Assembly (NCBI GenBank): GCA_039630485.1
Contig: JBCNUX010000006.1
Coordinates: forward strand, 1-61,859
Direction of reading: 5' to 3'
DNA length: 61,859 bases
Origin: Chlorobiota bacterium
Lineage (GTDB): Bacteria > Bacteroidota > Ignavibacteria > Kapaibacteriales > HRBIN21
The notes under the pieces: model-generated
What the model saw: only the letters and a program-made list of their open reading frames with translations
What the model was told of the DNA's origin: nothing
Database searches by the model: none
Program-made: the position numbers and the translations under genes
Shown here: positions 8,128-15,132 of the stretch, piece after piece
How positions within the stretch are numbered: position 1 is the stretch's first letter
How the letters are laid out: every line of letters begins with the position of its first letter

Positions 8128-9240
8128 ATGCAGGAGCAGCAGACCGCGACGGCCAAGAGGACCATCTTCTTCGACCTCCACCGGCGGCTGGGCGCTAAGA
8201 TGGGTCTCTTTGCCGGCTTCGAGATGCCGATCCAGTACCCGAAGGGGATCGTCCACGAGCATATGGCGGTGCGGCAGCGGGTGGGCGTCTTCGATGTCTC
8301 CCACATGGGCGAGTTCCGCATCTGGGGCGAGGAGGCGCTGGCGTTCCTGCAGTTCGTGACGGTCAACGATGTCTCCAGGCTCACCCCCGGGCGCGCGCAG
8401 TACTCGGTGATGTGCTATCCCGACGGCGGCATCGTGGACGACCTGCTCGTCTACCACTGCGGCGACTACTACATGCTGGTGGTCAACGCCGCCACGACCC
8501 AGAAGGACTTCGCTTGGCTGCAGCAGCAGGCTACCCAGTTCCAGGTGGAGCTGGAGGATGTGAGCGAGCGGACGCACCTGCTGGCCGTCCAGGGACCGAA
8601 GTCAGCCGAAGCGCTGCAGCCTCTGACGGAGCTTCCGCTCTTGGAGCTGCCGTACTACCACCATCAGCGTGCGGAGCTGGCGGGAGTCCCGATGCTCATC
8701 TCGCGTACGGGCTACACCGGCGAGCTGGGCTACGAGCTCTACTTCGAGGGCGACCAGGCCACGGCGGAACACGTCTGGGAAGAGCTCTTCCGGGCTGGGG
8801 CTTCGGTTGGTATAGAGCCTGCGGGGTTGGGCGCCCGAGATACGCTCCGACTGGAGAAGGGCTACTGCCTCTACGGCAACGACATTGACGAGACCACCAA
8901 CCCGCTGGAGGCGGGGCTGGGGTGGATTACGAAGTTGGACAAGGGCGAGTTCATCGGCCGCGAGGCGCTGCTTCGGGTCAAACAGGAGGGGCTCAAGCGG
9001 CGGCTGGTGGGCTTCCGCACGGAGAGCGAGCGTGCCATCCCGCGCCCCGGCTACGCTATCGTGGAGGGACAGGAGGTCATCGGGCGGGTCACGAGCGGGA
9101 ACATCTCCCCAGTGCTGCGCTGCGGCATCGGGATGGGGTACGTGCCAGCGGAAGCCGCGGGACCGGGGACTCGGTTGGAGATCGTGGGGCACGGCGGACG
9201 CCGCTTTGCGGCTGAGGTGATGAAGCTGCCCTTCGTGTGA
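8128..9240 (+). CDS. gcvT: Glycine cleavage system aminomethyltransferase (T protein), 370 aa
   Basis: The protein contains TIFFDLHRRLGAKMGLFAGFEMPIQY, GVFDVSHMGEF, ISRTGYTGELGYE and ARDTLRLEKGYCLYGND. The ATG at 8128 is 7 nt after the paaN stop. Confidence 0.92.
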   Translation: MQEQQTATAKRTIFFDLHRRLGAKMGLFAGFEMPIQYPKGIVHEHMAVRQRVGVFDVSHMGEFRIWGEEALAFLQFVTVNDVSRLTPGRAQYSVMCYPDGGIVDDLLVYHCGDYYMLVVNAATTQKDFAWLQQQATQFQVELEDVSERTHLLAVQGPKSAEALQPLTELPLLELPYYHHQRAELAGVPMLISRTGYTGELGYELYFEGDQATAEHVWEELFRAGASVGIEPAGLGARDTLRLEKGYCLYGNDIDETTNPLEAGLGWITKLDKGEFIGREALLRVKQEGLKRRLVGFRTESERAIPRPGYAIVEGQEVIGRVTSGNISPVLRCGIGMGYVPAEAAGPGTRLEIVGHGGRRFAAEVMKLPFV

Positions 9241-9273
9241 TGTACATCTGGCGGGGGGCCCATGCTTGCAGGT

Positions 9274-10032
9274 TCAAGAGGTGCGGTTCCGGTCCTCGAA
9301 GCGTAAGTAGCGGTACCACAGCACGAAGAGCTCCCACGTAGCGGCGACGTCGCCGAGGCAGTACTGGGCAATCTCCAACAGCCGGCCCTCGTGGTAGTAC
9401 TGGGCAACGCGCGAGCCATCAATCCCGTGCGACTTCGGCGAGACGAGCCCGAAGGCACGGGCGTAGAAGTCGAAGTTGAAGCGCTTCGTGGCGCCGATGT
9501 TCTGTGGGTTGTAGAAGCAGAGCTCGTCCAGTAGGTCGGTGTGCCCGCCGTAGCGGTAGCGCGTGCCCTCCATGAGGTTCCGCGAGGGGCGAATCCGATA
9601 GAGAGCTGAACGGAGCATCAGGAAGGGGGCGTCGAAGTTGCGGCCGTTGAAGGTGACCAGGTGAGCACCGCTGTACTTGTCCAGGAGCTTCCAGAACTGC
9701 TCCAGGAGCGTCCGCTCGGTACAGCGGTAGACGGGTTCGCCGTCGGGGAGGGCATCGGGGAGGAGCTCACCGTCGTTGCAGGCAGGGTCAACGACGTATG
9801 CCCCGCGGCTCCGCATGGACCACTCCCCCTCGCCGATGGTCTCCATGATTTGGAGGCCCAGGCAGATGACCTGGGCTGTGAAGGGGGAGAGCGCCATTTC
9901 GAACTTGCGGCGTTCCTGCTCGGCCTCTGTCTGGGCCCCGCGGAGGATAAACTCCTGCTGGCTCGGGGCGAAGCTCTCCCACGGCAGCGGGACGGTCTCT
10001 ATGTCGAACACGATGTAGATCGGCTCAGGCAT
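9274..10032 (-). CDS. RNase H-fold 3'-5' exonuclease (PolB-exonuclease-like, stand-alone), 252 aa
   Basis: Exo I IVFDIETVP, Exo II NGRNFDAPFL and Exo III YCLGDVAATWELF are all present. I chose the internal ATG at 10032, which lies 4 nt after the upstream gene's stop. Confidence 0.7.
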   Translation of the reverse strand: MPEPIYIVFDIETVPLPWESFAPSQQEFILRGAQTEAEQERRKFEMALSPFTAQVICLGLQIMETIGEGEWSMRSRGAYVVDPACNDGELLPDALPDGEPVYRCTERTLLEQFWKLLDKYSGAHLVTFNGRNFDAPFLMLRSALYRIRPSRNLMEGTRYRYGGHTDLLDELCFYNPQNIGATKRFNFDFYARAFGLVSPKSHGIDGSRVAQYYHEGRLLEIAQYCLGDVAATWELFVLWYRYLRFEDRNRTS

Positions 10033-10036
10033 CGCC

Positions 10037-12874
10037 TCAGCGCACGATGAGGAGCGGAGCCACCACGACAGTGCCGCTCGGTAGGCGGACCTGCAGGAGG
10101 TAGGCTCCGGCGGGGACGCCGCGCACATCCAGCAAAGCCTCCGTCTCCGAACGCTGCAGGACGGGCGGCTCAACACTCTGCCCCAAGAGGGTGACGAGGC
10201 GGAAGGTGGCCCTATCGGCCTGAGGGACGGTGCAGCGTACGAAGAACGAGCTTGGGTTGGGGCTGAGGATGGGGACGCGCTCACTTGTAAGCTCTGCTAT
10301 GCCAGTCACTGGCTGGAGCCGGATGTCATCGATGAACCAGCCTTCAGCCGTGCGGAGGGGGCCGGAGAAGAAGCGGAAGCGCGCCCAGAGCAGTCGAGCG
10401 GTGTCCGGGCGTTGGAGGAAGAAGCGCTCGGGGCGCCAGTCTTCAGGGCTCAGCAGAGTATCGGCCCAGGGTGCATAGAGGCTAGCGTTGTACGCGGCAA
10501 TCCGCTGCCAAGTGTCCCAGGTGTTCCAGGCAATCTCGACGAAGCCAGTGTCCGAGGGGTGGGTAGGAGCAGCATGGGCGAAGCTGAGCTCTACGCCCGA
10601 TGCTCCGGATGGGAGCGCAATCGGTGGAAGCAGGAAGGTATCCCGGGCACGGTTTGCGTACGGGCCCTGAGGAGATTCCGTCAGCGAGAACGGTGGGGAG
10701 TAGGCGAACTCGGCTGTTAGTCCCCAGGCGCCGCTGTTGTAGTAGTGATGGGGCGGGAGCTCGGGGGCCGGGAAGGATTCGGAGAGCTCCGTGGGGATAG
10801 CGCCGGCGTAGCACAGCAGATGGGAGCTGGGTTCGCTCTCTTCTTCGCCGGCTACGGCCGTGGCCCAGTAGCGGTAGAATCCAGGCTCGGGAATGGGGTC
10901 GGAGAGCGTCACGGAGTGCCCAGTATCTGTTGGCGCTAACGGCACCGTGGCGATGAGCTGGGCATTCCGGTAGAGGCGGAGGGCTGAGAGGTTCGCCAGC
11001 GGAGTGGTGCCGTCGGCTCGCCGTCGTGGTAGGCGGAAGGAGAGGCGGACCGTGTCGGGCTGGAGGAACGAGGCGGGGAGCAACTCTGGGGGAGCGGGTT
11101 GGCGAGCTCCGCCAGCGATGGCAGAGTCCGTGCGGAAGGAGCTGGTGTCGGGCCCAGAGACGACGGCGATGTCGTAGCGATAGTGCCGGTAAGGCTGGAG
11201 GCCGGTGTCGGTGTAGCTCGTCACGGTTTGTGGCAGCACGCGGTGGGGCACGCCGTCCCGTAGCAGGAGGTAGCTAAATGTCGCCAGTGGCTGGCCGAAG
11301 ACGCGTGCGGTCGGAGGTTCCCACTGTAGGCGCAGAGCCGTTGGGGTGTCGGGCAGCACGGAGACCCGGAAGTTCCTCACCGGCATCGGCGCCCGGACGT
11401 TGATTGGGGCGCTGTAGACATCGTTGTCGGCGATGTTCGTAGCCGTGTTGCGCATGTCTACCCACGAGGGGTAGAGCCATCCGTCGTGGAAGGCACAGCC
11501 GCTGTAGTCCCCAGCGAAGGCATTCCCGCGGAAGGGATTGCGCCGCAAATCCCAGAGCGTATCCCCAACGCGGCGGTCAACCCAGGTGGTGCCGCCGTCG
11601 GAGGAGTAGCTGACCGAGACTGTCACGAGCAGGTTCTGCGGGTCGTCGCGGCTGTCCATGTACATGATGGCGAGGTCGCCCGTCGTTGGGTCCAACGCCA
11701 TCCATGGCCAGAACTGGTCGCCGGCGGTATCGGAGTGGACAATTACAGGTTGGCTCCAGGTGGCCCCGCCGTCGGTTGAGTGGCTGAAGTAGATGTTGGG
11801 GATGGAGTCGGCAGCCCAGCAGAGGTACAGCCATCCGCGGCGTGGGCCTTGGGTCGTATCGCAGACCAGCACAGGGTAGGTTTCGGCGCGAACTCCGCCC
11901 TTGACGGTGTGGCGTACGCCTTCAGGGATGCGCTTGGCCGTTCCCAAGGGACGGTAGCGGATGATGAGTCGTTGTGGCTCGAAGGAGCGTCCTCCATCAG
12001 TGGAGCGCGCAAAGCCGATGGCCTTCTGCGGGCCGTGGTTCCAGACGACGTAGAGGGTGCCGTCGGGTCCCGTAGCGGCCAGCGGGAAGCTCTGCCCGTA
12101 GGTTGTATCCTCGGACGAATACGGCAGCCGCTCGCTGACAGGCGTCGGAGTGCTCCACGTCAGTCCGCCGTCGCTAGAGTACGAGAGTACGATCTGCGTT
12201 GAAGAGTCCCGCGCAATGACCCGCTTCCAAGGGATGTAGACTCGCCGGTAGTAGGGCGAGCGGCCGCAGTTGTCCACGGTGATGTAGTACTTGTCCTCGA
12301 AGGCGGAGTCGGGCGTCATGACTCCACGGTGGAGGATGACCGGGATGTGGGGGCGCCAGGTGGTGCCGCCATCGGTGGTGACGGCAACGAAGACGCCGTT
12401 TTCGCCTGTGTTGAGGTTGAAGCCACCGTAGCAGAGGTAGCCGCGGCCTTCGCCATCGAATGCGACCGAGGGATCGTTAGAGGCTACCCAGTCAGCAAAG
12501 GGCTTGCCCAAGTTGATGTTCTGCCAGGTACGCCCTCCGTCGCTGGAAACGTAGGCCCAGGTGGAGGAGTTGTTCCGGTAGTCCACGGCCGAGGCAATGA
12601 GGTTCCGAGGGTTGCGCGGATTGACGGCGATGGAGGATTCATTCTGGATGGGCAAGGGGTCGGACTCGGGGGTGACGATGAGGTTCACGTTCTGGAATGG
12701 ACTTACCCGGGCCGAAGGGAGCAGGGGCTGGAGGGGTAACAAAGGAAGGGTATATTCCGTTGCCGGCCGCGGCTGTGCTGTCTCCATGAGATGGTGGAAA
12801 GGGTTATCACACTCGACTCCTTGGGCCCAGAGGAGCGCGGTGCTCCAAGCAAAGCAGAGGAGTAGCCTGCGCAT
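10037..12874 (-). CDS. Secreted BNR/Asp-box beta-propeller (sialidase-like fold) protein with an FN3-like region and a T9SS C-terminal sorting domain, 945 aa
   Basis: A signal peptide MRRLLLCFAWSTALLWAQG is present. There are six Asp-box repeats (SSDGGRTW, TTDGGTTW, SSDGGLTW, STDGGRSF, STDGGATW, SSDGGTTW). The C-terminus SPNPSS...LVTLLGQSV...VPAGAYLLQVRL...LLIVR is typical of T9SS CTDs. Confidence 0.8.
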   Translation of the reverse strand: MRRLLLCFAWSTALLWAQGVECDNPFHHLMETAQPRPATEYTLPLLPLQPLLPSARVSPFQNVNLIVTPESDPLPIQNESSIAVNPRNPRNLIASAVDYRNNSSTWAYVSSDGGRTWQNINLGKPFADWVASNDPSVAFDGEGRGYLCYGGFNLNTGENGVFVAVTTDGGTTWRPHIPVILHRGVMTPDSAFEDKYYITVDNCGRSPYYRRVYIPWKRVIARDSSTQIVLSYSSDGGLTWSTPTPVSERLPYSSEDTTYGQSFPLAATGPDGTLYVVWNHGPQKAIGFARSTDGGRSFEPQRLIIRYRPLGTAKRIPEGVRHTVKGGVRAETYPVLVCDTTQGPRRGWLYLCWAADSIPNIYFSHSTDGGATWSQPVIVHSDTAGDQFWPWMALDPTTGDLAIMYMDSRDDPQNLLVTVSVSYSSDGGTTWVDRRVGDTLWDLRRNPFRGNAFAGDYSGCAFHDGWLYPSWVDMRNTATNIADNDVYSAPINVRAPMPVRNFRVSVLPDTPTALRLQWEPPTARVFGQPLATFSYLLLRDGVPHRVLPQTVTSYTDTGLQPYRHYRYDIAVVSGPDTSSFRTDSAIAGGARQPAPPELLPASFLQPDTVRLSFRLPRRRADGTTPLANLSALRLYRNAQLIATVPLAPTDTGHSVTLSDPIPEPGFYRYWATAVAGEEESEPSSHLLCYAGAIPTELSESFPAPELPPHHYYNSGAWGLTAEFAYSPPFSLTESPQGPYANRARDTFLLPPIALPSGASGVELSFAHAAPTHPSDTGFVEIAWNTWDTWQRIAAYNASLYAPWADTLLSPEDWRPERFFLQRPDTARLLWARFRFFSGPLRTAEGWFIDDIRLQPVTGIAELTSERVPILSPNPSSFFVRCTVPQADRATFRLVTLLGQSVEPPVLQRSETEALLDVRGVPAGAYLLQVRLPSGTVVVAPLLIVR

Positions 12875-12989
12875 GGGAGTGCGGGCGGTTGTACGACCGA
12901 CGCAGCTGAAATTACAGCTTCTCCGGCTCGGCTGAGGCCTTTCCTGCGGCTTGTGAGTTGGGTTCCTGATAGAGGCAGGCGGGTTTTGG

Positions 12990-12997
12990 TATTTTTG
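12990..12997 (+). promoter_or_regulatory. Candidate -7 box TATTTTTG upstream of ccmC
   Basis: Exact TAnnTTTG match, 40 nt upstream of the ATG at 13038. Confidence 0.4.
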
Positions 12998-13037
12998 TGG
13001 CGGCCGTGCTACAGGTGCAGGCTTTGCCGCTGAACGG

Positions 13038-14177
13038 ATGAAGTACGTGTTGCTCCTGGCGGGGTTGACGCTTGGGATTCTGATTGCTGTGGTCTACCCG
13101 CCAGAGCGGGCGCGGCCGCTGTGGTGGCAGCTCGTGGTGATAGCGCTCGTCACTGGAGTGCTGCTAGCCACGTTGCTCCCTCCAATCGGCGGGAGCTTGG
13201 CTGACGCTGTCGTGGCCAACCGCTTGGGGCAACGACTAGTAGCGTCGCTGCCACTCTTGAGCAGCTCAGAGGTCCAGCAGCTCCAGAGGGCACCGGCGAG
13301 TGCGCCGGTCCTGCTTCGCTGCGTTGGGCTGCCGAGCTACGACACTGTGCACCGAGCGTGGCGCGTCAGCGTCGAGGACCTAAGCCCCCGACGGTATCGT
13401 GCCACGGCGCTCTTCCCCACGGAGCCACCGCCAGAGCTACTCCAAGCCTCGTCGGCGGTCGTTGAGCTGAAGTGGACGGGTTCAGACACTCTGTGGACAG
13501 TCCAGCGGGTTGCTGCGCTGGAGCCATGGGTAGTGTTGCCCTACATCCCAGGCCTGGAGGAGCGAGCGCGAATCCTCTACTTCCACGTCCCCTTCGCCTG
13601 GGGGGCTGTTGTGGCGTACGCTATTGCGATGATTGCAGCCCTGCAGTACCTGCGGCGCCGGGAGCCGAAGGCAGAGCTTCGGGCTGTGGCTGCCGCGGGA
13701 GTGGGAACGCTCTTCACCGTGCTGGCGACCGTAACGGGCGCTATCTGGGCGCGGTTCAACTGGGGCGCCTTCTGGAACTGGGACCCGCGGCAGACGACAA
13801 TCGTCGTGCTGCTGCTCATCTACCTGGCCTACTTCGCCCTGAGGTCCTCGCTGCCGGAAGGGGAACAGCGGGCGCGGCTCAGCAGCGTCTACTTGGTCTT
13901 TGCGTTCGTCACGGTGCCGTTCCTCGTGTTCGTGCTCCCGCGGATGATGGAGAGTCTCCACCCGGGCGGCCGAGGAGATGCAACGCTCGGTCCGCTTGTG
14001 GACCCCTCGCCGGAAGCGCTAAACCTGGTGAAGCAGGTGCTCTTCTCCGGGGCCCTCTTGGCCTTCACGGCGCTCTTCGGATGGCTCTGGAGTTTAGCCG
14101 TCCGAGTGCTTCGCCTCTCCCAGGCAGTCGAGCTCCAGACGGAGGCCCACCATGGAGTTCCTGAGCCAGCACAGTGA
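13038..14177 (+). CDS. ccmC: Heme exporter / cytochrome c assembly protein CcmC with an N-terminal extension of about 170 aa, 379 aa
   Basis: The protein carries the Trp-rich motif WGAFWNWDPRQT and FHVPFAWG. The N-terminal extension shows correct third-position GC in the block I counted (17/20 in 13081-13140). Confidence 0.85.
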   Translation: MKYVLLLAGLTLGILIAVVYPPERARPLWWQLVVIALVTGVLLATLLPPIGGSLADAVVANRLGQRLVASLPLLSSSEVQQLQRAPASAPVLLRCVGLPSYDTVHRAWRVSVEDLSPRRYRATALFPTEPPPELLQASSAVVELKWTGSDTLWTVQRVAALEPWVVLPYIPGLEERARILYFHVPFAWGAVVAYAIAMIAALQYLRRREPKAELRAVAAAGVGTLFTVLATVTGAIWARFNWGAFWNWDPRQTTIVVLLLIYLAYFALRSSLPEGEQRARLSSVYLVFAFVTVPFLVFVLPRMMESLHPGGRGDATLGPLVDPSPEALNLVKQVLFSGALLAFTALFGWLWSLAVRVLRLSQAVELQTEAHHGVPEPAQ

Positions 14178-14286
14178 GTACGTGGTCCTGTGGGTTGTGC
14201 TGGTGGTGTGGGCGGGAGTTGCTGGCTTGCTCCTGTGGGTGGAGCGCCGACTGCGCCGGGTTGAGCGCTACTTGGAACGGCGGTAG
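14152..14286 (+). CDS. ccmD: Small CcmD-like membrane protein, 44 aa (below the ORF-track size cut-off)
   Basis: Hand translation gives MEFLSQHSEYVVLWVVLVVWAGVAGLLLWVERRLRRVERYLERR. This is one TM helix followed by a basic tail, with very high GC3. It overlaps the ccmC 3' end by 26 nt and sits between ccmC and ccmE. Confidence 0.6.
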   Translation: MEFLSQHSEYVVLWVVLVVWAGVAGLLLWVERRLRRVERYLERR

Positions 14287-14370
14287 GGGGTTGGAGCGTT
14301 GGTATGCTAAGTGCTGGACGCGCTCAGCTCGTCATTGCCAGTTGGTGAGCCAAAGGTCGGAGATTCGGCG

Positions 14371-14760
14371 ATGTTGCGGGTGCGCACTCGGTACTGGCTC
14401 GGAGGGATAGCCCTCGTGGGGTTTGTGGGATTGGGCATCTCTGCATTGGAGCAGACGTCGGTGCACTACGCCTCGATTGCTGAGGCAATCCAATCAGGTC
14501 GGCGGGTGCAGGTCAAAGGCACGTGGGTGCGGGAGATAGAACCGACGTACGACGCCCGTACCAATACCTTCCGCTTCGTGCTCCAGGACGAGGCCGGGAC
14601 ACGCATCCCAGTGGTCTACGCTGGGGCTAAGCCGAACAACTTTGAGCTGGCAGAGAGTGTCGTCGTGCGCGGGAAAGTGGAGAACGGGGAGTTCCGCGCT
14701 ACGGACATCCTCACGAAGTGCCCGTCTAAGTACGAGGGTGGTGCGCCGATTCCGCAGTGA
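14371..14760 (+). CDS. ccmE: Cytochrome c maturation heme chaperone CcmE, CXXXY variant, 129 aa
   Basis: The protein has an N-terminal TM anchor and an OB-fold core (VQVKGTWV...FRFVLQDEAGTRIPVVYAG...VVVRGKV). The C-terminal motif is TKCPSKY (CPSKY = 14719-14733). I chose the internal ATG at 14371. Confidence 0.85.
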   Translation: MLRVRTRYWLGGIALVGFVGLGISALEQTSVHYASIAEAIQSGRRVQVKGTWVREIEPTYDARTNTFRFVLQDEAGTRIPVVYAGAKPNNFELAESVVVRGKVENGEFRATDILTKCPSKYEGGAPIPQ

Positions 14761-14763
14761 GCA

Positions 14764-15132
14764 ATGCGGCGTAGCCTGCTGGTAGTCTTCGTCATCGTCG
14801 GTGCAATCCCGCTGCTCTTCTTCGCTGCCCTGCACTTCGCCCAGTTGCCGGAGGTAACTTTCGAGGAGGCACTCCGGCTTGTAGCAGCGCAGCCGAGCGA
14901 GGAGCGAGCGCCGAAGGTCATGGTGCGTGGTATGGTCCATGCGCTCCCGCAGCCTGGGCAGGTGAGCCCAACCTTCTGGATGCAAGACCGCCAGGGGCGG
15001 GTCTTTGCCGTTGAGTACACGGGCGGTGAAGCATTGCCCGTTCTCCAAGTCGGTCAAGGCGTCGTCGTGGTAGGGCATGCCCACGGAGGCACTTCTCCTT
15101 ACTTCCACGCCTCTGAGGTACGGCAAGAGTAG
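14764..15132 (+). CDS. CcmE-like OB-fold paralog lacking the HXXXY/CXXXY heme-binding motif, 122 aa
   Basis: It has the same architecture as CcmE: a TM anchor followed by VMVRGMV...FWMQDRQGRVFAVEYTG...VVVVGHA. It ends ...FHASEVRQE with no C/H-XXX-Y. Confidence 0.5.
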   Translation: MRRSLLVVFVIVGAIPLLFFAALHFAQLPEVTFEEALRLVAAQPSEERAPKVMVRGMVHALPQPGQVSPTFWMQDRQGRVFAVEYTGGEALPVLQVGQGVVVVGHAHGGTSPYFHASEVRQE

